Made by a program: the position numbers and the translations under genes. Shown here piece after piece: positions 1 to 10,633 of a DNA stretch of 64,000 nucleotides. Source of the stretch: an uncultured Verrucomicrobiae bacterium. GTDB taxonomy: Bacteria > Verrucomicrobiota > Verrucomicrobiia > Chthoniobacterales > Chthoniobacteraceae. Where the stretch lies: assembly GCA_963828525.1 (NCBI GenBank), contig CAWHEP010000010.1, positions 160,001-224,000 on the forward strand. The letters run 5' to 3'. The notes under the pieces were generated by a model, which saw only the letters and a list, made by a program, of their open reading frames with translations, was not told where the DNA came from and did not search any database. How positions within the stretch are numbered: position 1 is the stretch's first letter; each line of letters starts with the position of its first letter.

Positions 1-1096
1 GAATATCGCGCGTGTGATCGCCCTCCGGGCGGGAATCCCCCACCGCGTCCCGGCGGTCACCGTGCATCGGAATTGCGCGTCAGGTTTGGAAGCCCTCGCC
101 CAAGCCTGCGAAAAGAACGCCGCGGGCCACGGAGAGATTTTCATCGTCGGTGGCGCCGAGAGCATGTCGCAGATCCCTTTACTCTTCCGCCATTCAGCCG
201 CGAAAAAGTTTTCCACTCTCAGCCGGGCCCGCAACCTAAGCTCCAGGTTCGCCGCGCTTGCCGCCTTTCGCCCTTCGGACTTCCGCCCGCGCGCCGGTCT
301 GCAGCTCGGTCTCACGGATCCGGTGTGCGGCTTGAACATGGGCGAGACGGCGGAAATTCTGGCCCGGGAGTGGAATGTCAGCCGAGCATCGCAGGATGCG
401 TTCGCGCTGCGCTCCCATCAGCGCGCCATCGACGCGGCTGAGCGCCTCACCGCCGAGATCACTCCCGTTTACCTGAATCGCGGAGCCAAATCCACGGGCG
501 TCTGGCGCGACAACGGCCCTCGCGCAAATCAGAGCCTGGAAGCCCTTGCAAAGTTGAAACCAGTTTTCGAGAAAGGCACGGGCTCCGTCACCGCTGGCAA
601 CTCTTCCCAGATTACCGACGGAGCCGTGGCGTTGCTCGTGATGGCGGAACATCGCGCGGAAGCGCTCGGGTTGGAGCCACTCGGGGTCCTGACCGGCTAC
701 GCTTTCACAGGATGCGATCCCGCGCGCATGGGGTTGGGTCCTGTGTACGCCATTGCCAAAGCGCGTGAGATGCTCGGACTCGGCATTGAAGACGCCGATC
801 TTATTGAAATAAACGAGGCGTTTGCCGCGCAGGCGCTCGCCGTTTTGCAGGCGCTGAAGTCGGAGAAATTCAGTCGCAAACACCTCCACCTGGACGCGCC
901 CTTGGGCGAAGTGCCTGATGAAAAGCTGAATGTAAACGGAGGAGCCATCGCGCTCGGCCACCCGGTAGGCGCCACCGGGGCGCGCCTGGTCCTGACGGCT
1001 CTCCGCGAACTGAAGCGAACAGGGGGCAAACGCGCGCTGGTCTCTCTCTGCGTAGGAGGTGGCCAGGGCGCGGCCTTCTGGTTGGAGCGCCCATGA
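1..1096 (+). CDS. fadI: Acetyl-CoA C-acyltransferase (thiolase, FadI/FadA family), 5'-truncated by window edge
   Basis: NCASG active Cys, NEAFAAQ, GHPVGATG and CVGGGQG motifs; frame open from base 2 (NIARVIAL); overlaps next gene by ATGA. Confidence 0.9.
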   Translation, partial: NIARVIALRAGIPHRVPAVTVHRNCASGLEALAQACEKNAAGHGEIFIVGGAESMSQIPLLFRHSAAKKFSTLSRARNLSSRFAALAAFRPSDFRPRAGLQLGLTDPVCGLNMGETAEILAREWNVSRASQDAFALRSHQRAIDAAERLTAEITPVYLNRGAKSTGVWRDNGPRANQSLEALAKLKPVFEKGTGSVTAGNSSQITDGAVALLVMAEHRAEALGLEPLGVLTGYAFTGCDPARMGLGPVYAIAKAREMLGLGIEDADLIEINEAFAAQALAVLQALKSEKFSRKHLHLDAPLGEVPDEKLNVNGGAIALGHPVGATGARLVLTALRELKRTGGKRALVSLCVGGGQGAAFWLERP

Positions 1097-3261
1097 ACAA
1101 TCTTGCCACTCTTCCGATGAACACCTCCCAGCCTCAACGCGCGGACCGACCGGCGGCCTCGACCGTCTCCTCCGAAGTGGATGGCGCCGGCATCTGCTTC
1201 ATCACGTTCGACCGTCCGAACTCCTCCGCGAACCTACTCGACGCCCAAACACTTTCGGAACTCGACACCCTTCTTGATGAGCTTGCAAACCTGCCCGGCC
1301 TGAACGGCGTCGTCCTCCGAAGCGCCAAACCCTCCATTTTCATCGCGGGCGCCGATCTTCATTCCCTCATGGCTGCCGCTCGCTCCGGCGAACTGCCAGC
1401 CATGATCCAGTTGGGTCAGGACGTGTTTTCAAAGCTCGCCTCCCTGCGCGTGCCTACCGTCGCCGCCATCCACGGAGCCTGCGCGGGCGGCGGTTATGAG
1501 ATCAGCCTTGCGTGTGACTACAGGCTCGCCTCTCCCGATGCCGTCACCCGCATTGGCCTCCCGGAAACACAACTGGGCATTCTTCCAGCATGGGGCGGCA
1601 GCACCCGCTTGCCGCGATTGATCGGTCTGCCAGCCGCGCTCAAAATCATCCTTGGCGGCAAGCTCCTCGCAGCCGGACTGGCGGCCAAGAGCGGGTTGAT
1701 TGACGCCATCGCTCCGGCTGAGCGCCTCCTTGATCTCGCGCGCTCCCGCATAGAAGCCGGCAAGTCAGCGCGCAAACGTCACCTGCTCTCAAACAACAAG
1801 GCTTCCGCCGAATCGATCCGCCTCGCCTTCACTCCCCTGCTGCGGCGCAAAACCCGCGGCCACTATCCCGCGCAGCTGGCTGCCCTGGACATGATCTGTT
1901 CCGGCGTCACGCAATCCTTTCCGCAATCTCTCGCGCTGGAAAAGTCCGCGATCCTGCGTCTCGTCGAGACGGACACCTGCCGCAACCTGGTTCGCGTCTT
2001 CTTCCTCCAGGAACGCGCGCGGAAGCTCGACGCGGTGGGGCCGGATGCCATCTCTTCGGTCACCCCGCCAGTGAGCAAAGCCGCGGTTGTCGGCGCCGGT
2101 GTCATGGGCGCCGCCATAGCGCAATGGCTCACCTCCCGCAACGTGCCCGTCTTGCTCAAGGACATCGATACAGAGCGCGTCGGCAAAGGGATGGCGGGCA
2201 TCGCCAGACTCTATGAAGAAGGTGTGCGCCACCATCATTTCACCGCGCTGGAGGCGCGCTCCGGACTCGACAGGCTGTTCCCCATCACAGAGGAAGCTCC
2301 GCTTGGGAAGGTGGACCTCGTCATCGAAGCCGCCGTCGAGCGCATGGCGCTCAAGAAAGAAATTTTTCGCAAGCTGGAAACCTTTTGCGCTCCGAATGCC
2401 ATCCTGGCCACCAACACCTCCGCGCTCTCCATCTCCGAGATTGCCGCGGGCTTGAATTTCCCGGGCCGCGTCATCGGTCTCCACTTCTTTAATCCCGTCC
2501 GCCGCATGAAGCTTGTCGAGGTCGTGGCCGGGCGCGAAACGGATGCTCAGGTGACGCGCGCCGCGGCGCGCTTCGTCCGCCAGATCGGCAAGCTGCCCGT
2601 TGTCGTCAGGGATAGTCCGGGCTTCCTCGTAAACAGGATTCTCATTCCCTATCTCGTGGAGGCTGGGCATCTGTTTGAATGCGGCGCCCGCGCGAAACTC
2701 GTCGATGAGGCAATGCTCCAGTTCGGCATGCCCATGGGGCCGCTGCGCCTCCTCGATGAAGTCGGTCTCGACGTAGCCACCGATGTGGCGGAAAACCTCT
2801 CCTCCAAATTCAGCAGGATGCAGGTTCCGCTCGCTTTGGGGAAGATGCGCGACGCGGGCATGCTCGGGCGCAAGAGCGGCAGCGGCTTCTACCATTACAA
2901 ATATCCGCGGGAACGAGAAAACGCGCGCGCCGGGTGGTTCCAGAAAAGTTCCATGGCCAGGGATTGGAAAGCGCCTCTCCTCCAAAAGCGCATGGTGCTT
3001 CTGATGATAAACGAAGCCGCGAGGTGTCTCGAAGAAGGCGTGGTATCAACTCCCGAAGATGTCGATTTCGGCATGGTCATGGGAACCGGTTTCGCCCCAT
3101 TTCGAGGGGGGCCTCTGCGTTACGCGGACAGGGTCGGCGCGGCATCGCTCGTGAAGGACATGGACGCTCTCGGCATCGCTGGCGAACCGCGATTCCTCGC
3201 TTGCGAGTTGCTGCGTTCCATGGCGGCAAGCGGGAAAAAATTCTATGAAAACGACACATGA
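1093..3261 (+). CDS. fadJ: Fatty acid oxidation complex alpha subunit (enoyl-CoA hydratase / 3-hydroxyacyl-CoA dehydrogenase)
   Basis: FIAGADL, GGGYE, GLPETQLGILPAWGG crotonase motifs; GAGVMG Rossmann fold; TNTSAL, GLHFFNPV, PGFLVNR. Confidence 0.9.
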   Translation: MNNLATLPMNTSQPQRADRPAASTVSSEVDGAGICFITFDRPNSSANLLDAQTLSELDTLLDELANLPGLNGVVLRSAKPSIFIAGADLHSLMAAARSGELPAMIQLGQDVFSKLASLRVPTVAAIHGACAGGGYEISLACDYRLASPDAVTRIGLPETQLGILPAWGGSTRLPRLIGLPAALKIILGGKLLAAGLAAKSGLIDAIAPAERLLDLARSRIEAGKSARKRHLLSNNKASAESIRLAFTPLLRRKTRGHYPAQLAALDMICSGVTQSFPQSLALEKSAILRLVETDTCRNLVRVFFLQERARKLDAVGPDAISSVTPPVSKAAVVGAGVMGAAIAQWLTSRNVPVLLKDIDTERVGKGMAGIARLYEEGVRHHHFTALEARSGLDRLFPITEEAPLGKVDLVIEAAVERMALKKEIFRKLETFCAPNAILATNTSALSISEIAAGLNFPGRVIGLHFFNPVRRMKLVEVVAGRETDAQVTRAAARFVRQIGKLPVVVRDSPGFLVNRILIPYLVEAGHLFECGARAKLVDEAMLQFGMPMGPLRLLDEVGLDVATDVAENLSSKFSRMQVPLALGKMRDAGMLGRKSGSGFYHYKYPRERENARAGWFQKSSMARDWKAPLLQKRMVLLMINEAARCLEEGVVSTPEDVDFGMVMGTGFAPFRGGPLRYADRVGAASLVKDMDALGIAGEPRFLACELLRSMAASGKKFYENDT

Positions 3262-5161
3262 GACACTGAACGATTCGCAAAACGCCGGAGCGCAGGAAGT
3301 CCCCGACGTCATTGACACCTCGCGCATGTCAGACGGCCAGCGCGCCGCGCTCCAGATGGCGGAGTCCGCGCGCAGCTCTGCAAAAGGGAGCTTTGCCTCC
3401 GACCTGTTCATGGGCCGCTATGACATCCAGAGCCTCTTCCCCTATCCCGAGCAAACGCTGGAGGATCGCGATCAGGGCGACGCTTTCCTCAAAAATCTCG
3501 AGTCCTTCCTCCGGGACCATGTCGATCCCGATGAGATCGACCGGAGTGGAGAGATTCCAGACGACGTCATAAAAGGCCTTGCCGCAATGGGAGCCTTTGG
3601 CATCAAGGTTCCTGTCGCCTTCCATGGCCTCGGCCTCTCCCAGACAAACTATTGCCGCGCGGGGATGATGCTCGGCAGCTACTGCGGCAACCTCACGGCT
3701 CTCCTCTCCGCCCATCAATCCATCGGCGTCTCCCAGCCGCTCCTCCTTTTCGGCACTGAAGAGCAGAAGCGGAAGTTCCTGCCGCGCGTCGCTCAAGGCG
3801 AAATCTCCGCGTTCGCGCTCACTGAGCCGGGAGCCGGATCAGATCCGGCGACCATGCAAACTCGGGCCGACCCTTCTCCTGACGGCGCCCACTTCGTCAT
3901 AAATGGGCGCAAGCTCTGGTGTACAAACGGCGCGCGGGCGGGCGTAATCGTCGTGATGGCTAAAACCCCCGACAAGATCGTCGCCGGAGCCCCTCGCAAG
4001 CAGATTACAGCATTCGTCCTCGATATGGACTCTCCCGGCATCGAGGTTTCTCATCGCTGCCATTTCATGGGTTTGAAGGCCCTCTATAATGCCGTAATCG
4101 ATTTCAAGGATGTCATCGTCCCCCGCGAAAACATCCTGCTCGGTGAAGGCAAAGGGCTGCGCGTGGCTCTCACCACGCTGAATACAGGCCGCCTCACCTT
4201 GCCTGCGGCGTGCGCTGGCCTTTCAAAGCGTTGCCTGGAAATCAGCAGCGACTGGGCCGCTCAGCGCGTCCAATGGGGCGCGCCCATCGCCAGGCACGCC
4301 GCGATCGCCGGAAAGATCGCTGACATGGCTGCCAACACGTTTGCCATGGAGGCGATGACCTTCCTCACATCCGCCCTGTTTGACCGCAAACAGAATGATC
4401 TCCGTGTCGAGACTGCCATCTGCAAACTCTGGGCCACTGAAAAGACATGGCGCATCGTGGACGATACCATGCAAATCCGCGGAGGCCGCGGTTATGAAAC
4501 CGCCGCGTCCCTCGCGGCGCGAGGCGAACAGCCCATCCCCGTGGAGCGCCTTTTCCGCGACAGCCGCATCAACCTCATCTTTGAAGGCTCCAGCGAAATT
4601 ATGAGGCTCTTCATCGCGCGCGAAGCCCTCGATCCCCATCTCAAAGTGGGAGGCCCAGTCGTAAACTCCCAACTGCCACTCGCCGCGCGCGCCCGCGCCG
4701 CGCTCGCGTCCGCTGCCTTTTACTCCGCATGGTATCCCCGCCAGTGGCTGCCATCCCCGGCCTCCCTGCCCCGCGGCATCCACCCGATCCTTGCGCGACA
4801 TCTGCGGCTGAATGCGGCCGCCGCCAAACGCCTTGGCCGCTCCCTCTTCCATGCCATGGCAAGATATGGTCCAAAACTGGAGCGGCGCCAACTCCTGCTC
4901 GGGCGCTTCGTGGATATCGGCGCTGAACTATTCGCGATGACCGCCGCCTGCCTCAGGGCCCAAGCCATGCAGTCCGCCGAATCTGCGGTCGCCGCTGACG
5001 CCATCCAGTTGGCCGACTACTTCTGCGCCTCCGCGGCACAGCGCGTCGAATCTCTGTTTAGCTCTCTCCGCCGCAACGCGGACGACCAAGGCTACAAAGT
5101 GACCGCGAGCATCCTTCAAGGCCGCCACAAATGGCTGCAACAAGGCGCGGTGCGACTCTGA
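3245..5161 (+). CDS. Acyl-CoA dehydrogenase (VLCAD/ACAD9-like)
   Basis: FALTEPGAGSD, NGRKLWCTNG, QIRGGRGY, IFEGSSEI; third gene of the beta-oxidation operon. Confidence 0.93.
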   Translation: MKTTHETLNDSQNAGAQEVPDVIDTSRMSDGQRAALQMAESARSSAKGSFASDLFMGRYDIQSLFPYPEQTLEDRDQGDAFLKNLESFLRDHVDPDEIDRSGEIPDDVIKGLAAMGAFGIKVPVAFHGLGLSQTNYCRAGMMLGSYCGNLTALLSAHQSIGVSQPLLLFGTEEQKRKFLPRVAQGEISAFALTEPGAGSDPATMQTRADPSPDGAHFVINGRKLWCTNGARAGVIVVMAKTPDKIVAGAPRKQITAFVLDMDSPGIEVSHRCHFMGLKALYNAVIDFKDVIVPRENILLGEGKGLRVALTTLNTGRLTLPAACAGLSKRCLEISSDWAAQRVQWGAPIARHAAIAGKIADMAANTFAMEAMTFLTSALFDRKQNDLRVETAICKLWATEKTWRIVDDTMQIRGGRGYETAASLAARGEQPIPVERLFRDSRINLIFEGSSEIMRLFIAREALDPHLKVGGPVVNSQLPLAARARAALASAAFYSAWYPRQWLPSPASLPRGIHPILARHLRLNAAAAKRLGRSLFHAMARYGPKLERRQLLLGRFVDIGAELFAMTAACLRAQAMQSAESAVAADAIQLADYFCASAAQRVESLFSSLRRNADDQGYKVTASILQGRHKWLQQGAVRL

Positions 5162-5230
5162 CGTCCCCCGCGTCTCATCGTTTAAGACCTTCTTTCCTTC
5201 GGCAAACGGGATACCTTCGCTTCCTCGCCC

Positions 5231-6610
5231 ATGTCGATCCCGCAAGCATTCCTGACATTCCTCCTCATCGCTGTTTCCTTCCTCGCCCCTACTCGCCAGG
5301 GATCTGGCGAAGAGAAGACGACTCTCTATGATGCCGACCCCGCTCATCCATGGAATCGCCTTTCCGCGGCCCTGTTTCTCCGCAGGGGCATGGACAACCA
5401 GATTTACGGAGCCGATTCGCTCGATCTTCTTTATTGGTCCGGCACCAAACATCTGCTGGAAGGAGACTCCAGCGTCCAGGCCCTCCGCGCTCTGGATCAA
5501 TTCCTTGCTGGTCACTCGGAAACCCTCATCACCGATCCGCTGAAGCGCGCCCTGCTGCAGCGTGATCTCTGGGCCTTGTTCGACTGGGCTGTCATGCGCA
5601 ATCGCTACTTGGAAGAACCCTTCCAACCCGCTGCGGTTCGCGAGCTCGCATCCCGCCTCGCGACGGCCATCCGCCGGCTCGCGCTTTCCAAAGAACAAAT
5701 CGTAAGCCTTCCCGACAACTACGACTGCGCCGTCCGCGCCAAGTCGTATCCCTCCGAATTCGACGCGGCCCAGCCCGGCAACAGCTTTCTCCCAGCCGAT
5801 CTCCTCGTACCGGAGGGGCCGTGGGTGTGCGTGGAATGTCAGTCAGGTCTCATCCCTGCTCCAATCCACACGCGAGAGTTCGGCGGCAGATCGGTTTTCA
5901 TCGTATTCATCAACCTGCCCGGTGGGCGTAAGGCAACGCTGGACTACCTCGACAGGTTGAACCACTTCGCCGAACCCTGGGTATTCGATAGAGCGAAGAT
6001 GGAGGCAAAAGGCAGCGCCCTCGTCTCAAAGATGATGGCGCATAGCTTTAATGCCGGGACCGGTCCATGGGTCAACCCTGCCATGCCCCAGTTCCCCAAC
6101 GGCACAAAGTTCGCGCTTTTGCGCCGCGCTATCTTCATCGACGCGGCGGGCGAGCTCGTTCCAAGCCCCCTCACGGAGAGCCTGCAAATGCGTGTCTATT
6201 CGGAGACCGACCCCGCCCGCGTCAGCGGAACCTCCCAGTCGGTCTATGAATTCAACCTTTCCCGCGCCGATCTTCTCGCCTCCAGGGCAGGCGGTCTCAA
6301 ACCCGTCGCCGCTGGCGAAAAGGAGTTCTCCACCTTCCTTCAGATGGGGATCGATCCCTTGGAATTCAAATCCCAGGATAACGAACCGCCAGCCGATCCA
6401 CGCAGCACCGCCCTCTCTTGCATTGGATGCCACACTGGACCTGGAATCCACTCCGTATTGAGCCACTCCCAACTCTTTACTGCCAAGACGCTCCTCCCTC
6501 CGCAATACGAGCGATCCGACCCGGAGCGGCTCGGGTCTTCCACCACTGGTTGGAAGTCAGATCAATTTACCTGGGGTCTGCTGATGGGCCTCTGGCAATC
6601 CGAGCGCTAG
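5231..6610 (+). CDS. Secreted hypothetical protein with one CxxCH motif (possible c-type cytochrome)
   Basis: 459-aa ORF, hydrophobic N-terminal signal, SCIGCH near C-terminus. Confidence 0.6.
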   Translation: MSIPQAFLTFLLIAVSFLAPTRQGSGEEKTTLYDADPAHPWNRLSAALFLRRGMDNQIYGADSLDLLYWSGTKHLLEGDSSVQALRALDQFLAGHSETLITDPLKRALLQRDLWALFDWAVMRNRYLEEPFQPAAVRELASRLATAIRRLALSKEQIVSLPDNYDCAVRAKSYPSEFDAAQPGNSFLPADLLVPEGPWVCVECQSGLIPAPIHTREFGGRSVFIVFINLPGGRKATLDYLDRLNHFAEPWVFDRAKMEAKGSALVSKMMAHSFNAGTGPWVNPAMPQFPNGTKFALLRRAIFIDAAGELVPSPLTESLQMRVYSETDPARVSGTSQSVYEFNLSRADLLASRAGGLKPVAAGEKEFSTFLQMGIDPLEFKSQDNEPPADPRSTALSCIGCHTGPGIHSVLSHSQLFTAKTLLPPQYERSDPERLGSSTTGWKSDQFTWGLLMGLWQSER

Positions 6611-6648
6611 TCCCAGCCCCTCAACGCGCTCCCAGCAAGCCTCTGCGT

Positions 6649-7402
6649 TTACTTCACAAACTTCGCGAAGATCACGTTCGCCTCTTCCAGAGTCTCCTTG
6701 CTGCCGATGTCGAACCAGGTCCCTTTCACCTCATAAGCTTGCACCGGCATCCGGGTATGCAGCCACTGGACAAACCTTCCTGGCTGATCTGGATTATTCC
6801 CCTCCGCGATATACGTGCTGAACATCTTCACGGCGTCGGCGGAGTAATAGTACAACGCGATTCCGGTGACCGTGGAGGTTGGATTCGCCGGCTTCTCCTC
6901 GAATTGCGTCGATCTTCCCGCTCTCATCGATCGTTATGCTGCTGTATTTCTTGATCGTCTCCAGATCTCCCACATCATACGTGGCCAGAGTCGCCGGATA
7001 ATTCTTGGCGTAAGCCGCGAAGCCCTCCAGCGAATCGCTGAACAGATTGTCTCCAGCGACCACAGCCAAATCCGAATCTCCCAGTTTCTCGCTATTCAGC
7101 ACGAAATTGATGTCCCCGATCGCGCCCAGCTTGTCGCTATCGCTCATTGACCCGTCATTTACGATCTTGAAGGACAGCTTTGGCTGCCGCTTCACATAGT
7201 CGTCCGCCCACGCCTGGAACGCCGCCGCGAACTTGTTATTGGTGACCACGTATACCTTTTCGATGTCGGGAACAGGCGCCAGATTATCCAGCACCCATTC
7301 GATCATCGGCTTCCCCGCTACTTCCAGCAGCGGCTTTGCCTTGTTCAGAGTCAGTGGGTAAAGACGCGTCGCGTATCCGGCTGCCAGGATCAGTACATTC
7401 AT
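6649..7402 (-). CDS. Sugar-phosphate nucleotidyltransferase (NTP_transferase family), frameshift near 6910
   Basis: LILAAGYATRLYPLT..KPLL, AGDN; continues in second frame with FEEKP..WFDIGS. Confidence 0.88.
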
Positions 7403-7567
7403 GATCGCCGACTCTCACGAATGACAACCCGCCCCGACAAGAAAATTCCCGCGTCCCTCGAAAAGTCTTCCCTGCTACTCTTCGCCCGCAAGGGACCGCG
7501 CGGAAATCCGCGCTCCGCTTTAAATTACTCTCCATCCGTCGCATGAGCGGTTACCATCCTCCTCTCC

Positions 7568-8614
7568 ATGAAACTCAAAATTCACGACGTTGCCTTTGGC
7601 GGCAGCGGCGTCGCCCGCGACCAGGGCAAAGTCGTTTTTGTCCCATTCACCATCGCTGGAGAGGAAGTCACGGCGCGTCCTGGCAAAGCGAAAAAGAACT
7701 TTGTGCAAGGGTCTCTCCTTTCCATCGAGTCGCCGTCTCCTCATCGCGTTCTCCCTCGCTGCCCGTACTTCCAACGCTGCGGCGGCTGCTGCTACCAGCA
7801 TATCGCGTATCCTCATCAGTTGGAGATCAAGCAGGCCCAGGTCGAGCAGACCCTTCGGAGGATCGGGCGCATGGAATCCGTTCCCATGCAGCCCATCATC
7901 CCCTCCCCGGATCCATATAACTATCGAAGCCGGGTTCGCGTCCACTCCGCTGAAGGCGTCATTGGCTTTTACGCTTTCGGCAGCCATGAACTGGTGGACA
8001 TCGACTCCTGTCCCATCGCCTCAGACAAGGTTAACGAGGCCCTGCGCCATCTCCGTAACATCAGGGCCGGCGACGGCGATTACACACTCCGCGAGCCAGG
8101 GCGCGCCGAGTTCTTCGAGCAAACAAACGACAAAGTCGCCGCCGAGATGCTCGCGCTCATCCACCGCCTCGTCCGCGACGATCAAAAGCTCCTGATCGAC
8201 GCCTACTGCGGAGCGGGCTTTTTCGCCAAACATCTGCGCGATCGTTTCGAACAGGTTATTGGCATCGAATCATATCCTCCTGCCATTGAGCGCGCGACGA
8301 GCGATGCCGCCCCCAACGAAACCTACGTCTGCGGGGACGTCGCCGAGAATATCGGCTACATGCTTGCGGAAGCTGATCTCGCCCGCACAACCCTGATCCT
8401 CGACCCGCCCGCGGCGGGCATCGCCCCGCGTGTGGTGGATCTCATCTGCGGCTCTCCTCCTCTCGCATTGCTCTACGTTTCCTGCGACGTCGCCACCATG
8501 GCCCGTGACATCGCCTCCCTGCGGGGCGCGTACACCCTTCAATCAGTGACGGCTCTCGATATGTTTCCGCAAACAGCTGAGATTGAAGTGGTGGCCAGCC
8601 TTGCGCGGCTATAG
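7568..8614 (+). CDS. RNA m5U methyltransferase (RlmD/TrmA family, TRAM and 4Fe-4S domains)
   Basis: CPYFQRCGGCCYQH, FEQTN, DAYCGAG, LDPP, YVSCD, DMFPQT. Confidence 0.9.
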   Translation: MKLKIHDVAFGGSGVARDQGKVVFVPFTIAGEEVTARPGKAKKNFVQGSLLSIESPSPHRVLPRCPYFQRCGGCCYQHIAYPHQLEIKQAQVEQTLRRIGRMESVPMQPIIPSPDPYNYRSRVRVHSAEGVIGFYAFGSHELVDIDSCPIASDKVNEALRHLRNIRAGDGDYTLREPGRAEFFEQTNDKVAAEMLALIHRLVRDDQKLLIDAYCGAGFFAKHLRDRFEQVIGIESYPPAIERATSDAAPNETYVCGDVAENIGYMLAEADLARTTLILDPPAAGIAPRVVDLICGSPPLALLYVSCDVATMARDIASLRGAYTLQSVTALDMFPQTAEIEVVASLARL

Positions 8615-8691
8615 AGATCAGGTCGCTCACAATACGAGACGGTCTCACGCGAAGCCATTGACATCCCCGGCGCCTGACGCCACTGCATAGC

Positions 8692-9744
8692 GTGAACCTC
8701 CGGAAAAGCTTCCTCCTTTTCGTAGGGAGGCAGTCAAAAGAGTGGCTGCTCATCGAGGCCGTCGCGCTGGTCGCCGTGATTGGGGTGCTGGACTACGCGA
8801 CCGGCTACGAGGTTTCGTTTTTCCCCTTCTACTCAATCCCCATTCTCCTGGTGCTCTGGCTGGCCGGCACAGCGCCCGCTGTGTTCATCTGTGTTTTGAG
8901 CGCGCTCGCCTGGTGGTGCGCCGACCGCGCCACCGGCCATGTATATTCGCGGGAGTGGCTAAGATTGTGGGATTCCATCGTTCGCCTAATGTTCTTTTAC
9001 TTGATCCTTCTCGCTGGAGCCAACGTCAGGCGCCAGCGAGACGTAAATCGAGCTCGTATAGAACTCCTGGAGCGTTCCCAGAAACTGGAACAGGACATCA
9101 TCGCCACCAGTGAGAGAGAACAACAACGCATCGGGCGCGATCTGCACGACAGTCTCGGCCAGCATCTCGTTGCCATCGCGCTGGCTGCTGACTCGCTGAA
9201 GGACGCTCTTGTCACTGAGTCGCCGGGCCCTGCGAAATCCGTCGGACAGCTAGCTGATCTGCTGCATGGAGCCGTCACGCTCACTCGCGATCTCGCCAGG
9301 GGTCTTTCTCCGGTGGACAGAGATGAAGGAGGCCTCGCTTCCGCTCTCGAGCAACTCGTCACCCGAACCGCGCGTCTCTCTGGCATCCCATGTATTTTTC
9401 ACGCCGAGGGAACCTTGGATTTTCTCGACAATGCCGAGGCCGTTCATATCTATCGCATCGCTCAGGAAGCGTTGAATAATGCAATTAAACATGCCCGGCC
9501 TTCTTCCGTGCTCGTTGCTTTAGCCACGCGCCAGGACTGCGTCCACCTGGAAGTAAAGGACGATGGAATCGGGATGGATCCCGTGCAATCTTCGAGCGCG
9601 GGAATGGGTTTGAATATCATGCGCTACCGGGCCCGAATGCTTGGCGGTTCATTGGAGATCGAACGTTCAGGGACGGGCGGCACTCTCGTATCTTGCGTCA
9701 TACGTCCATCCTCTTCAGCAAATGAGAACAAGCTCTCTCTATGA
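8692..9744 (+). CDS. Membrane sensor histidine kinase (HisKA_3 type)
   Basis: N-terminal TM helices, EQQRIGRDLHDSLGQ, QEALNNAIKHA, DDGIG, GMGL. Confidence 0.92.
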   Translation: MNLRKSFLLFVGRQSKEWLLIEAVALVAVIGVLDYATGYEVSFFPFYSIPILLVLWLAGTAPAVFICVLSALAWWCADRATGHVYSREWLRLWDSIVRLMFFYLILLAGANVRRQRDVNRARIELLERSQKLEQDIIATSEREQQRIGRDLHDSLGQHLVAIALAADSLKDALVTESPGPAKSVGQLADLLHGAVTLTRDLARGLSPVDRDEGGLASALEQLVTRTARLSGIPCIFHAEGTLDFLDNAEAVHIYRIAQEALNNAIKHARPSSVLVALATRQDCVHLEVKDDGIGMDPVQSSSAGMGLNIMRYRARMLGGSLEIERSGTGGTLVSCVIRPSSSANENKLSL

Positions 9745-10397
9745 ACGATAAAAAACGTCTGCTCATCATTGAGGATCATCCGATGGTTCGGGAACGTTTG
9801 AGCGAGTTGGTCAACCGCGAGAGCGATATGGAGGTCTGCGGCGAAGCCGATGATGCTTCCGCGGGCATCGATCTCGTTGTGGCTCTCTCTCCAGATATGG
9901 TCATCCTGGATCTCACGCTGAAGTCCTCGAGCGGCCTGGAGATGGTGAAGACGCTTCGCGCCCGCTCAATCACCACCCCGATTTTGATTGTCTCAATGCA
10001 TGAGGAATCCCTCTACGCGCAGCGCGCGCTCAGGGCGGGAGCGGATGGCTACATTTCGAAAAACAGTTCTTCGGGCGAAGTCATTGCGGCGGCTCGCCAG
10101 GTTCTCCAGGGCAAGATCTATCTTTCTGCCTCGATGACAGCTTCCGTGTTGCACAAGCTCACTCCGCGGCGTTCCGATTCGGACACCGCGCGCTCCGTGG
10201 AGAAGTTGAGCGATAGAGAACTCCTGGTGCTGCAAATGATTGGCAGCGGACGCGCCACGCGCGCCATCGCGGAGGCTATCGGCGTCGGGCGCGCCACAGT
10301 GGAAACCTATCGCGCGCGCATAAAAGAGAAAATGAATCTTAAAGACGCGTTCGAGCTCCAGCACTTCGCCATCAGGTGGCTCAATAGAGCTGACTAG
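9741..10397 (+). CDS. NarL/LuxR-family response regulator
   Basis: EDHPMVR receiver, LSDRE..ETYRARIKEK HTH; ATGA overlap with kinase. Confidence 0.93.
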   Translation: MNDKKRLLIIEDHPMVRERLSELVNRESDMEVCGEADDASAGIDLVVALSPDMVILDLTLKSSSGLEMVKTLRARSITTPILIVSMHEESLYAQRALRAGADGYISKNSSSGEVIAAARQVLQGKIYLSASMTASVLHKLTPRRSDSDTARSVEKLSDRELLVLQMIGSGRATRAIAEAIGVGRATVETYRARIKEKMNLKDAFELQHFAIRWLNRAD

Positions 10398-10524
10398 TGG
10401 CGTATTTTATACCGGCGGTCGTTTGGCGTGTACACTTTAAGGTAGGCTGCTCATTACGCCCCTGAAGTGAATCCCACTACACCCTGTCGGCCCTGACCAA
10501 CGCCGTTGTTTTATGAGTGTCTGC

Positions 10525-10540
10525 TGGCATGGCCATTGCT
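10525..10540 (+). promoter_or_regulatory. Sigma-54 -24/-12 promoter for amtB-glnK
   Basis: TGGCATGGCCATTGCT matches TGGCACG-N4-TTGCW with exact spacing, ~95 bp upstream of amtB. Confidence 0.75.
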
Positions 10541-10633
10541 TGGGCACCGCAACACGTCACATAGGCGTTCGCAAAGGCATGCGTAACCACAAAAACCAAC
10601 CAAAACAAAGCTAGAGCCAAAAAGAAGCAATAT

